A stretch of DNA of 53,231 nt, filler included, from Squatina squatina (GCA_031763465.1; 3 parts of 3 records of this genome joined end to end with filler, not necessarily neighbours in it), one strand, 5' to 3'. Counted from the first letter of the whole stretch, positions 24,158 through 35,578 are shown. The notes: generated by a model not told the origin, from the sequence alone. Program-made: numbers and translations.

Positions 24158-25194
24158 NNNNNNNNNNNNNNNNNNNNNNNNNNNNNNNNNNNNNNNNNNN
24201 NNNNNNNNNNNNNNNNNNNNNNNNNNNNNNNNNNNNNNNNNNNNNNNNNNNNNNNNNTTTTTCACGATACTGGTCCCATAGGGCTTATCTGGTATTCAGT
24301 TGCAGTGTGCCTCTCGGAATGTGTGCGAGTGAGAAGCATTTTGTAATGCTTCTGAATTAACCCAAGCAAATTCTTTTTGGCCTCTTGCTTGTGCAGTCAC
24401 ATGATTGAGGGCGTCACTTTTTGCAAGGTCATGGTGGTGTGATAAGCCCTGCAACATAAACAGGAACTGTAGTAGAAACTGTGAACGCTCAGTTCCCAGT
24501 CACTGGGAACGGCAGAGCCTGACTCCAACCTTACTTAAATCAATGGATCTTTTCATTTAAGTCAGAATATCCAGTGTGATGCAGCAGCTGCTGGTTGAAA
24601 TATTTTGTTAAGCCAAAAATAACTTCATCAGCGAGACAGGCTAATAACACGTGCCATTGTGGTTTATTGCAAAGATGTTTTAAGATGCAATAGGTCCATA
24701 CTTACACATCAACAGATTACTTTAAATGCCCATCTGGCTTAAGAATGTTTTCTATGATAGGAATGATGGATGAGAATCATATCCACACCCAACAGTCTAG
24801 ATTGCAGTGAACATTTTTTCTAATTTTGTAACCTGCAGTGTGAAATGTCTCTGCAATTACAGCATGCACTGTATTTTTTTTTTAATTCTATATGATAGTC
24901 ATACGTTTTAATTCAAGAAAATGTTTAGGAGTCATAGCAAGTCATGTTCTGCAGATGGTACGTTTTAGTAATTTTACCCATATAGAGTAACCTGTACAAA
25001 ATTCAGCATCAGTCTTTATTGAGGTGTAACTACAATTCTGCGTTTTATACATTCCACCCGTTTAGCACTTTGTGAAGGAATACAATTAATAGATGAAGTT
25101 TGTTATCACACAGCACAAATATCAACTATAATTTTGCAACAGCTAAAACTCTGAAGAGGTCCCAACCAAACCTAGTACAATAGTAAAGAGAAAG

Positions 25195-25443
25195 CAATGG
25201 AAAGCAAAGAATCTGCATTTATATAGCGCCTTTCATGACCTCAGAACTTCCCAAAATGCTTTACAGCCAATGAATCACTTTCTTTTGAAGGGTATCACTG
25301 TTGTCTTCTAGGGAAACACGGAAACCAAATAGCCACAGCAAGGTCCCAAAAGACAACAATGAAATAAATGACCAGATCATGTGTTTTAGGGCCAAGCACC
25401 AGAAGAATGCCCCTGCTCTTCTTCGAAATAGTGCCATGGGATC
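25195..25443 (-). mobile_element. Deu-domain SINE 3' half
   Basis: TGCATTTATATAGCGCCTTTCATGACCTCAG...CCCTGCTCTTCTTCGAAATAGTGCCATGGGATC. Confidence 0.85.
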
Positions 25444-25559
25444 NNNNNNNNNNNNNNNNNNNNNNNNNNNNNNNNNNNNNNNNNNNNNNNNNNNNNNNNN
25501 NNNNNNNNNNNNNNNNNNNNNNNNNNNNNNNNNNNNNNNNNNNGTAAATGGGAGGGTGG

Positions 25560-26159
25560 GGGAGGGGAGAGGAGAAAAAAAACAAGATGGCCGCCGGCCG
25601 CTTGAAGCGAATGGCTTCCCCGGCTGTGAGTGAAAGCGCTGGCGAAGCGCGGCGGCAGCAGCACCACGGACTCAACTTGGCGGTGGCGTCGTCATCATCA
25701 CTACTGCCGCTGTCGTCGTCGCCTCCTTCATCAGCGTCCTCGCCGCCCTCGTCCTCGCCACTTTCTTCTTCGGCCCCTAACGGCACTTTAGACGAAGGCG
25801 AAGGGGAGGAAAATAATAAAAATAAAAAACTCGTCGGCCCTTTATATTTCTCCGTCGACCGTATGGACACTCTCTTCTTGGCCCGGCCGACCAGAGTGCG
25901 GCGGCGCCCCGAGCCCGAGCTTTTTTACCTCGGCAGCGGCGAGAGGTGCGCCGCGGCCGCTCGAGGAGGAGCGAAAGAGCCTGAGACAAATAATTATAAC
26001 CACCACAACCATCACAACCACCGCCATCATTCTCCTCACCGTCGGCACCATCGCCATCACCAGGCCGGGGAGCCGCAGCAGCGGGGGGTGAGTTCTACGG
26101 CAGACCCCGGCCTCGGCTTAAACAGGGGGGACTCGCGCTTTTGTGGCAAGCGCCAGGAC
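25560..26159 (+). promoter_or_regulatory. CpG island over the 5' end of the KANSL1-family gene, with a YY1 motif at the start codon
   Basis: High GC and CpG density; CAAGATGGCCGCC at 25583-25595. Confidence 0.6.
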
Positions 26160-27286
26160 NNNNNNNNNNNNNNNNNNNNNNNNNNNNNNNNNNNNNNNNN
26201 NNNNNNNNNNNNNNNNNNNNNNNNNNNNNNNNNNNNNNNNNNNNNNNNNNNNNNNNNNNNNNNNNNNNNNNNNNNNNNNNNNNNNNNNNNNNNNNNNNNN
26301 NNNNNNNNNNNNNNNNNNNNNNNNNNNNNNNNNNNNNNNNNNNNNNNNNNNNNNNNNNNNNNNNNNNNNNNNNNNNNNNNNNNNNNNNNNNNNNNNNNNN
26401 NNNNNNNNNNNNNNNNNNNNNNNNNNNNNNNNNNNNNNNNNNNNNNNNNNNNNNNNNNNNNNNNNNNNNNNNNNNNNNNNNNNNNNNNNNNNNNNNNNNN
26501 NNNNNNNNNNNNNNNNNNNNNNNNNNNNNNNNNNNNNNNNNNNNNNNNNNNNNNNNNNNNNNNNNNNNNNNNNNNNNNNNNNNNNNNNNNNNNNNNNNNN
26601 NNNNNNNNNNNNNNNNNNNNNNNNNNNNNNNNNNNNNNNNNNNNNNNNNNNNNNNNNNNNNNNNNNNNNNNNNNNNNNNNNNNNNNNNNNNNNNNNNNNN
26701 NNNNNNNNNNNNNNNNNNNNNNNNNNNNNNNNNNNNNNNNNNNNNNNNNNNNNNNNNNNNNNNNNNNNNNNNNNNNNNNNNNNNNNNNNNNNNNNNNNNN
26801 NNNNNNNNNNNNNNNNNNNNNNNNNNNNNNNNNNNNNNNNNNNNNNNNNNNNNNNNNNNNNNNNNNNNNNNNNNNTTCTTCCTCTTTCACCGAAAGTCTT
26901 ATTAATAACAGTAGTAGTAATAATAATAAACACAAAAGCACTTTGCACGGGAACAGCGCACTGCAGGCTGGATCTTCGCTGCTGAGGAGTAATTTTTCAA
27001 GAACGGATTCGGAAGGTGGTTTTCTTCTTTCCAGTCCCAGCTCTTCCCTTCGATCTGGCGGGAGCAATAAATGTTTATCTTCGCCGAATGGGGATACTTT
27101 CTCTGGTTTTGTGAAAGATCGAGCTGTTTCTGAGGATCTGCTAAAACTGGTGTCCAGCGTAACTACAAAACTCAGGACTTCAGAGAGGGCTTTCGATTCT
27201 GATGCCACCGAAAGCAGCTCAGGGGGCGAGACGGATGTTGAGGATGGCACGGGTGGTGCAAAATTCGAGCATCGGCATGCAGTTCT
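25587..27286 (+). CDS. KAT8 regulatory NSL complex subunit 1 (KANSL1) family gene, large first coding exon (internal gap 26160-26875)
   Basis: MAAGRLKRMASPAVSESAGEA... and ...LRTSERAFDSDATESSSGGETDVE...EHRHAV |gtaagt; matches KANSL1 [12 protein letters not shown] and [24 protein letters not shown]. Confidence 0.85.
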
Positions 27287-27948
27287 GTAAGTAATCAGGA
27301 GGTTTTAGTAGTTTTTGACAGCAGTGTAATTTGTGAAAAAAAATTGATCATGTATCATTGCTCTCCCCATGCTGAAGTATATGTTCTTGGCACTGCAAAC
27401 TACTGTGGCTTTAAAATTCTATAAATGTTTTACAAGAATTGAGGTTTTGTAGTTTTACATTGAGCCCTCCTTCCTTGTTTTGGGTGTTGTCAAAGGAGAT
27501 TTTAGTAGGTCAGCAGTGGATCTGGGTGGAAGAACCCCTTCGGTGCAATGGCATGGTGCATGCATATTGACTCCAGTGGAAGGTTATTGCTGTAAGCTGT
27601 TGCTCTTCGGGTTGCAGAAGTAACAGGAAGCTCTGCAGCACGTCTGCCAGTCAGAGGGTCATTCCATTCTCTCGGAATGTGCAGTAAACACTGCGTGATA
27701 CTGTGTTTTATAAACCTTTTATGCTGGTACGGCATTATGTCCCGACAGAATGGCAATATTGTTTGATCAAATAGACATTGTAAATGCTCAGATTGGCCTA
27801 CATAGTGAAAATATTTAAAATATATTTTCACTATATAGATACATTGAAAATTTCAATATGTACTGTGTGAATCTGTTTTGATTCACTGGTTGTGCAAGCT
27901 GAACCCAGTGAATTATTACCTGATCAGGTAATCGTTTTTGTTTTACAG

Positions 27949-28049
27949 ATATACAGTATAGGGCTGATCGCAGACAGGAAATTCCAGCACTTCAATGCTG
28001 TCCTTGAAGCCTACATCAAACAGCACTTCAGTGCAACGTTGGCTTATAA
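27949..28049 (+). CDS. DOCK2: Isolated DOCK2-like (DOCK-A family) exon, possibly a pseudo-exon or misassembled
   Basis: ttttacag| 101 nt [33 protein letters not shown](K) |gtaagt; near identical to DOCK2 [34 protein letters not shown]. Confidence 0.85.
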
Positions 28050-28844
28050 GTAAGTTCCATTGCAGTAGCTGGCAGTGCAGTAGTCTTGCTTTTAATTGGG
28101 NNNNNNNNNNNNNNNNNNNNNNNNNNNNNNNNNNNNNNNNNNNNNNNNNNNNNNNNNNNNNNNNNNNNNNNNNNNNNNNNNNNNNNNNNNNNNNNNNNNN
28201 TAGACACTCACTTTTCTCTTAAACTTTTCCATTCAGCTCCTGTTCTTCATTTATTTTGATGACCTACCCTCCTGTCTAGTGACCTCACCTGGCACAAGAT
28301 AACCTGGCATTTAAGATAATAATATAAAAAGGGAGAATGTAATTTTTTTCACAGAGGGTAGTTTTAACATGAACTATTCTGACAGAAACCATTATTGAAG
28401 GAGAGTCCACAAGTTTTTTCAAAGTTGCTTCAAAATTTGTTGTCTTGTCATGTGTGACATGATGTATGCTTAAATATCCACCTCATATTAAAAAAAGAGA
28501 CAAGCTCCTCATATATATCCTAAGAGCTGTGTGCAATTCCTTTGCTGTTCCTTCCTCACCATTTCCCACATCAGAGAATATCGAATCTTCTGGAACATAC
28601 ATATTCAAATCGAGGTGGGGGGAGACTCCACAGCACGAGAACGTGAATGAATCTTCCCAACCTGCGCCCCGATGTTTTGTATATCTTGCCATGATAGAAC
28701 CCTGTGTTGTATTGTACCTTTTTTGGACCCTGTTGCAACAATTATGTTTTTTGACATTTGCGCTAATCAACTTGAAACTAAGATTCAAGATATGTCATGC
28801 ATTTATTCCTGCAGAAGAGTTGACATTTACATTTGTTCACACAG

Positions 28845-28986
28845 ACACCGCCGTTCAGAGTGGAGATGGGCCGCAGAAAGGGCAGCGATTGTCAACCGTT
28901 GGACATGGTTGCAAGCTCAGGTCTCTGACCTGGAATACCGAATAAGGCAGCAGACAGACATCTACAGACAGATCCGTGCTAACAAG
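28845..28986 (+). CDS. KANSL1-family coiled-coil exon
   Basis: acacag| (L)[47 protein letters not shown] |gtaggt; 142 nt; phase fits the donor at 27286. Confidence 0.93.
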
Positions 28987-29589
28987 GTAGGTGCAGAGGT
29001 TGACCCTGGAGCAGAAGTTTTATTATTTTTCCCCATTCCAGGATAACTCCAGCTACTTAAATGGTTGTACATTTCAGTGTTTGTTCAGAAACTTAGGTGT
29101 GTGGTGTGGCAAGGGTATACTGTTCTCCTTTAGCCATTGTGTTCCAGGCACGACATTCACTGTTTTTGGGCACCACTTTGATTATATGTGTGCAGGAGGG
29201 AGATGGAAATGCTCTTGTACGTGACTTTAAATGTTGGGTCTCATTAACTTGCATTCAATTGAGAGTCGGTTGTGTCTTCTAACAAAAGAGTAGATACATT
29301 CTGAAGTGGAGTAAGGTTCAGGACTATGAGAGAGAACAATGCAGTGTGATGTGTTTTCAATTGCTTAAGTGAAGAGCCAGCACAGTCAACATGAGCCAGA
29401 TGGCTTCTGTGGTTTTATGTCAGCAAGCTCTTGCCTTTTTTCTCCACTATAAACAAAAGTTACTTTCTTCTTCTTACCACATTATAATCAAATACTGCTG
29501 TCATCAAACAAGCTAGATTTCTACAAGGATTTTAATTTCCGTCTGGTAGTTTGCATCCATGTCTGTTCACTTTGTCTTTATGCCAATTC

Positions 29590-29819
29590 TGCCACATCCA
29601 GCCATGAATGATGGTGGACAATTAAACAACTCATGAGAGGAGGAGGCTCCATGAATATTCCTATCCTTAATGATGACGAAGCCCAGCACGCGAATGGAAA
29701 AGACAAGGTTGAAGCTTTTGCAACCGTCTTCAGCCTGAAGTGCCGAGTGGATGATCCATATCTGTCTCCTCCTGAAGATTTGTGCTCCAGAACTAGCCGC
29801 GCCTCTAGCCAAGCTGTTC
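29590..29819 (+). mobile_element. Non-LTR retrotransposon (CR1/L2 supergroup) ORF2 fragments
   Basis: TSSHE.WWTIKQL..GGGSMNIPILNDDEAQH..KDKVEAFATVFSLKCRVDDP / KICAPELAAPLAKLF. Confidence 0.7.
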
Positions 29820-29945
29820 NNNNNNNNNNNNNNNNNNNNNNNNNNNNNNNNNNNNNNNNNNNNNNNNNNNNNNNNNNNNNNNNNNNNNNNNNNNNNNNNN
29901 NNNNNNNNNNNNNNNNNNNGAAAATGTTTTTCTTTTCTCTTTCAG

Positions 29946-30076
29946 AGTTCTCGCCTTACACAGTCACTGGGAAACCTCATCTGCCCCACCAGCCCTTCTT
30001 GTAGCTCCCCCTCAAGCTCTTCACTACTGTCTAAGGTCTGCACGCCGCCAAGGCAACTAAATGGACTGCTGAACAG
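29946..30076 (+). CDS. KANSL1-family internal exon
   Basis: tttcag| SSRLTQSLGNLICPTSPS...PPRQLNGLLN |gtgagt; phase fits the next exon. Confidence 0.8.
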
Positions 30077-30243
30077 GTGAGTTACTTTACATTGCATGGG
30101 TCCTTGTGGCTGAGGTAAAAAGGACGTAGAAGTATTTTGCACTACTGTTTCTCGTCAGCATTTAGAAATAACATTTTTTTAAAAAGATTTGGAATGTTCC
30201 CATCATTTGCCTCACCGGCTTTTATCTATTTTTAATATTACAG

Positions 30244-30448
30244 TTTGCATTCCAGTCCTTTGGACAACAGCTCGCTGGACAGCTCGGACACAGAAGAGAT
30301 CTTGAGTAAAAGACAGCGACTGGATGGTCTTACCGTCCCTCCATCACCACCAGACAACAGTTGTGTTGCTGCCAGAGTTCGTCCTGTCCGGAGGTACAGG
30401 AGGAGGAGGCTGGTCAGATCTAATCTGGCATGTTACCTTGGCAGAAAG
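30244..30448 (+). CDS. KANSL1-family exon with the WDR5-interaction (WIN) motif
   Basis: ttacag| LHSSPLDNSS...SKRQRL...DNSCVAARVRPVRRYRRRRLVRSN...RK |gtacgt; compare KANSL1 DGTCVAARTRPV. Confidence 0.9.
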
Positions 30449-30507
30449 GTACGTGCCTCTCGCTGACAGCTATTGAATATTGCATAGGTTGTGGCTGCTG
30501 TAAATTC

Positions 30508-30930
30508 CCCCAGTGCTTTAGTGGTTTAGTGCATTACGTGGTACTGCAGTGAAACTTGTAGCCCAGAAAGTCCAAGGTTCAGCCCCTGGTCTGTGTTGAG
30601 TTAGGTGATCACAGATGCTGTCGGGTTGCAATTGGCGTTGGTTGGTGTTCCCAGTCCACAGAATGGAAAAGGCAGCTGAAGTTCTCACTCCTGAATTGCG
30701 CTCTGGTGACTTCTGCTGTAAACTATATGTGGCTGGATGGGTGAGACTGATCTGAACTGGCATAGCTGCCCTGCCCTTCCTCACCCCTCACCCCCAGCAG
30801 TGATCGAATAGCTTCCTACTAGAAAGATTCATACTTAAAGAATGGTCACTTGAATGAGGTGCCAGAGGGCTGTTGATATCCATGGAATTTTGCCCAGCCA
30901 TGAGTTAGCTCCTTCCCAAAGGGAGGCGAA
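30508..30930 (+). mobile_element. tRNA-derived SINE (family not named)
   Basis: tRNA-like head (GTGGTTTAG...GGTTCAGCCCCTGGTCTGTGTTGAGTTAG); related fragments at 33530-33740 and 43830-43970. Confidence 0.6.
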
Positions 30931-31391
30931 CACTTGAGAAGAGCATGTGTGGTGAGTTAATTGTCTGTGAGAAATGACCTACCCACTCTTAGAACCAACT
31001 GGATTGTAGAAAAGCAACAGCACAAGGAGACCAAACTGATGCTAGCATTCTCTTCAGTCCAGTGGAAGAGTGAGATTATGAATACTGACCAGGAAGATCC
31101 CAGATATAGAACATAGAAAATACAGCACATAACAGGCCCTTCGGCCCACGATGTTGTGCCGNNNNNNNNNNNNNNNNNNNNNNNNNNNNNNNNNNNNNNN
31201 NNNNNNNNNNNNNNNNNNNNNNNNNNNNNNNNNNNNNNNNNNNNNNNNNNNNNNNNNNNNNATCTCACAATCAACAGTGAAATGAATGCCAGTGTTGAGA
31301 TCATTTCTGAGAGATGTGGCAAGATGCAATGTAGTTAGAAGCATTACTTCAAACAAGCACTGTCTAATCATCTCCCATTTTTCCTTCGCAG

Positions 31392-31452
31392 CTGGCGAAT
31401 TGCAGACGTTGAACAGTCGAAGCTGCAGAATTGCAAGTTGGAGGATGACCAG
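31392..31452 (+). CDS. KANSL1-family PEHE-domain exon
   Basis: tcgcag| (S)WRIADVEQSKLQNCKLEDDQ |gtagtt. Confidence 0.85.
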
Positions 31453-31559
31453 GTAGTTTATTACACATCAGAAATTTAAGAAAGTCCATGGAAAATTAGT
31501 GAGTCTGTCTTATTTTGTTGTAAGATTTTAAACTATTCAATTGTCTCTTTAATACATAG

Positions 31560-31672
31560 TACGAGGAGTTGTCTGACGAAGCCTTCCTTAATCGCCATTC
31601 CAAATGTGAGGAAATGGAACGTTCTAGATGGTGCTTGTGGTCTTCATCCAGCTCGGCCAGGCGGGGGAGCAG
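31560..31672 (+). CDS. KANSL1-family PEHE-domain exon (MOF/KAT8 binding)
   Basis: acatag| YEELSDEAFLNRHSKCEEMERSRWCLWSSSSSARRGS |gtaaac; compare [24 protein letters not shown]. Confidence 0.92.
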
Positions 31673-31799
31673 GTAAACATGATGTTGGAAGTTTCTGGAT
31701 ATTAGTTCCTGTTTAGAATCTGCAAATTAATTTGGATCACACTGTCAGTGCACAGGAACAATTAGTAGTAGTAAAATGTTCTTCAATCCACCTCCCAAA

Positions 31800-32100
31800 A
31801 ACTAATACCCCTCAATTGCCCACTCCCTCAAATATTTAACTGATTCTCTTTTAAAATTCCCCACATTACCTGCTTCCTTGGGCAGTTCATTCCACATATT
31901 TGCCTCCTTCTGTGTAAAGTAGATGAGTTTAAACTGCCTGTGCATCATCCCTCTTTGAACCTTGAGACCTTGTCCTCTTGTTGTAGCAGTAGGCCATTCC
32001 ACCCGTCGAGCTTGTTCCAACATTCAATTAGTTTAGGACTGATCTGCACCCCAACTCCATTCACCCACTTTTGATTTATCCTTTTCGTACCCTTAAAGAT
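31800..32100 (-). mobile_element. CR1 LINE 3' fragments
   Basis: Minus ORF TRGQGLKVQ...YFTQKEANMWNELP...FKR plus the CR1 3' stem-loop. Confidence 0.75.
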
Positions 32101-32224
32101 TGTTTCCCTTCTCTCCTCTTATTAGCTAGCATTCATCCTCATCAAATGCCATTTGCCATTTATCAGCCCGCTTTTCTAACCCATCCAAGTCCCTTTAAAT
32201 TTGGTTTACCTGTTCCCTACTATA

Positions 32225-32987
32225 ATTTGGCGTCCCCTGAAAATTTGGACAGCCTCATTTCTGTACCCAACTCCAAAGCACATTTGGGGGCCTGATTGGT
32301 CTGCTTTTGACCCGTGATAGACCCGAACAGTGGCATTACCCGTGCGCTAAAGCAGCATAAGTGCCAATTTGATAAATTTCTAGAATTGGGCATGGCGCCC
32401 TGGCGGCACAAAGGCCTCTTCACCGGGGTAAGGCACGCAACGTCATCAAGTCGTACGCCGACCCCACAGCATCACCCTGCAACCCCCTTTGGTGTCACCG
32501 GCAAGCTGCTGCTGGAATTGGTCCCCGGCTCGCCGGTGAGGCCCGCGTTGTTGGGAACAACAGGTTTGACCTGTCATTTCCAACGCCACTTAAAGGGCAG
32601 GTGATTGTGCCGCCGGCTGCCATTTCTTTTACATCGGCTGACTTCCGCTAATCAGCCACCAGCGTCGCTACACACACCCGGCTCTCTGGTGGCCTAGCGG
32701 CATGCCCCGAGACTCCGTTGCCTCAGCTGGCGGCCCTCCCATTTAACGCAGAGGGTGAGGCCGTGGTTGACGCCAGCGCGTTGCCAACACTAGGCCGCAT
32801 TCGCCGGCTTAGTGCCGGGTCGGCGCCTGGTCAGCACTTCGTTACCGCTGCCACATTGCGCTGACCTGGAAAAACGGCAAGGATCCCAACTGGGGGTCAG
32901 GAGACAATGCTCCAGGGCAGGTGCTAAAATCCCGAGCCCCGAACCAATTCACTCCCCGGTCGCTAGCAATAACCAATTGGGCCCCCA
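32225..32987. mobile_element. GC-rich non-autonomous DNA transposon(s), Harbinger-like
   Basis: CpG-rich non-coding block ending in TIR-like CCAATTGGGCCCCC near 32986. Confidence 0.5.
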
Positions 32988-33294
32988 CCATTCTGAGCTT
33001 CTTATGGATCCACCCCTGTTTATTACCAGGTTGGCCTGGCAGGAAAGCTGCAACGGGCTCACCATGCAGCCCTCAGGTTAAAACCATCCGACCATATTTA
33101 AAGAAGGACCCCACTGCCATCTGGCAGGTATATTTATTGTCTGGTGTGAGATTAAGAGGTATCACAAGACAGGTGGGTCATTATTCCAGGTTTCGTTTTA
33201 ATTCTGAGCAATGTTTCCGTGGCTGTGATGAAGACAAAGCAAGTAGTCGTGTCTTTCGGAAGTGTCCCTGGCAACTGTGTGAGACTGAACCAGA

Positions 33295-33394
33295 NNNNNN
33301 NNNNNNNNNNNNNNNNNNNNNNNNNNNNNNNNNNNNNNTTAATTAATTAANNNNNNNNNNNNNNNNNNNNNNNNNNNNNNNNNNNNNNNNNNNN
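33295..33394. other. Artificial assembly linker N44-TTAATTAATTAA-N44
   Basis: Same six-frame stop linker as at 15515. Confidence 0.95.
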
Positions 33395-33467
33395 TCGTGT
33401 TGAATGGCGGTGCAGGCTCGAAGGGCCGAATGGCCTACTCCTGCACCTATTTTCTATGTTTCTATGT
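33395..33467 (+). mobile_element. CR1 LINE 3' terminus
   Basis: GGCTCGAAGGGCCGAATGGCCTACTCCTGCACCTATTTTCTATGTTTCTATGT. Confidence 0.85.
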
Positions 33468-33936
33468 AAAATGAACCTAGTCCGTGCTGAATTATCTGAA
33501 TTCAACCTGGTCAACGGTGAAAGGGGGGAATGGGGAAGTCAACCAGGTTGCCTTGCACTTACTTGTTCATTCTCCAGTGGTGCCTGCTGGAAAGTGCATT
33601 TGTGGACAGTGGGGAAGAATTGGCCATGATGCCCTCCCCAGTCAAATAACCTATATTTCGGCGAGACTGACAGACGAGCAGTAAGGCCTAGCCTCAGTCA
33701 CTAGCTTCAGCAGAGGAGGGGAGAATGTTCAAGGCGGGAGAAAAAGAAACATTGAATCGGGTGTAGAACGCCTTGGGCTGATTTTCTACATTAACGCATG
33801 GTGTTGTTGAAGAGAATACTTTGTTTAATGAACATGTGTACCTTAATACAAATTCTAACTTTTCTCATCCTGCAAGGGTGTCATTAATTTGACACATCTA
33901 TATAACTTCAGTGTTATAAAGCTAAGATGGACTTAC

Positions 33937-34113
33937 CAAAAACAAAGCTACTGTGCTGCCCAGTGCGAAGCCCGCAATCACATCGGAGCAGTGATTGCGA
34001 TATTCAGACACCCGGTTCAGTCCTGTTAAGAAAGCAGCGCAGAGAGCCCCCAAGCACAACACGGGTTTGGCTAATCTGCTGCTTTTGGTCTTTATCGTGC
34101 TTGTGATGTACAT
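33937..34113 (-). CDS. PLPPR1: Phospholipid phosphatase-related protein 1 exon
   Basis: tttcag| MYITSTIKTKSSRLAKPVLCLGALCAAFLTGLNRVSEYRNHCSDVIAGFALGSTVALFL |gtaagt; 177 nt; near identical to PLPPR1. Confidence 0.92.
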
Positions 34114-34676
34114 CTGAAATAGAACGAGATCACACACAGAGATCAATGGCACGGGTACACTTCTTCATGTTAAAAAAAATGAATATTGATGATTCGCCGC
34201 TGAATTGTGCGATGCTTCCTATACTTCAAAAGTACTTCACTGGCTGTAAAGTGCTTCGGGAAGTCCTGAGGTCGTGAAAGGTGCGATATAAATGTAAGTA
34301 TTATCTGTCGTTCAACTGAAATAATCCTTAATTTATTTTTCTTCATGGTAAAAGTTACCAGAGCATAAAAAAATAAACTAAATATTCAAAAGTATAACAC
34401 GTGTTCTCCACTGTGTTACTCCATTCAATTTGGTTTCTGTTTTTTACAGAACAGCGGGAGGTGGTATTGCACTGTGCTGACTGAGATGTGTGAAGAGTGG
34501 TCTGAATAACTGACTACCTGAAGTTCCAAAGACATCAAAACGTTCAAAGTCTGCAATAGCTTTTCATTCAGTTTTTNNNNNNNNNNNNNNNNNNNNNNNN
34601 NNNNNNNNNNNNNNNNNNNNNNNNNNNNNNNNNNNNNNNNNNNNNNNNNNNNNNNNNNNNNNNNNNNNNNNNNNNN

Positions 34677-34905
34677 TCAAATTGGCCAGACCAGGTAAGG
34701 ACAGCAGATTTCCTTCCCTAAAGGACATCAGTGAACCAGATGGGTTTTTACAACAATCTGATAGTTTCTTGGTCCCCATTACTGACACTAGCTTTTTATT
34801 CCAGATTTATTTAATTGACTGAATTTAAATTCTGCCAGCAGTGAGGATTTGAACTCACATCTGCCAGATCATTAGTCCAGGCCTCCAGTAACATAACTAC
34901 CGAGC
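34677..34905 (-). mobile_element. tRNA-derived SINE (same family as the head at 16810)
   Basis: GGTAAGGACAGCAGATTTCCTTCCCTAAAGGACATCAGTGAACCAGATGGGTTTTTACAACAATC...GGATTTGAACTC. Confidence 0.7.
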
Positions 34906-34997
34906 TATCGCATCCAACAAGTGTACCTACCGTTCCCAACATGTAATGGAAATACATCAGCCACGTGAAGGGCGCCTGAAATGAAATACACTCTTAC

Positions 34998-35248
34998 CGT
35001 AGCGTACAAAGCACAATAGATGCTCAAAGATGCATCCTTCGATGGAAAAGACCTCCGTGCGTTTGCAATGACTTCAGGGTTCCCAGTGCAGATGTGTTCG
35101 TTAGTTATGAAGCGAGAATGGGAACGGCAATCAGTTCCTGTGTAATTAGGTTTGCAAACGGTTATAAAGTATGGGGTTAGGCTCCCTGTGACCACTTGGC
35201 CCGCGTTTACAAATATATCCGTAGCAAACAGTCCAAATGCAAACACAC
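34998..35248 (-). CDS. PLPPR1: Phospholipid phosphatase-related protein 1 exon
   Basis: caatag| (G)VFAFGLFATDIFVNAGQVVTGSLTPYFITVCKPNYTGTDCRSHSRFITNEHICTGNPEVIANARRSFPSKDASLSIYCALYAT |gtaaga; 251 nt. Confidence 0.92.
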
Positions 35249-35578
35249 CTATTGGGGGAAAAAAAACACAAAACTCATGAATAGATGTTACTCCTTTCTG
35301 TGTTCTGAGATTAAGCTACAACACTGCTTCACTTAGCCACTTCAGTGTGTGACATCGACGTCAGCTATTTAGCTAAACCTGCTTTTCTAATTAATTTTCA
35401 GGGCATTTCCATTTTTCAGACCAATGCTTTACAGCAGGGACATCCAATGTGTTGGAGCTGGGGGTCACTGTCACAACCGCTGAGTGGACCACATGAGATT
35501 ATGCAGTAACCAAGTCCCGATTCACAACAGTGTGAGTTTTCCACGCATGAAAAATCGAAGCTCCCCCAGACCCAAAAT

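Noticed and set aside
25295-25870. 191-aa acidic ORF on the minus strand
   Set aside because: Antisense of the Ser-rich KANSL coding sequence, running into a gap and a SINE
28466-28945. 159-aa plus ORF and 101-aa minus ORF in the KANSL intron
   Set aside because: No recognisable domain; the plus ORF overlaps the true exon out of frame
33226-33289. Possible C/D-box snoRNA (GTGATGA...CTGA)
   Set aside because: Only a 3-bp terminal stem, no clear internal boxes, and no guide target that I can identify
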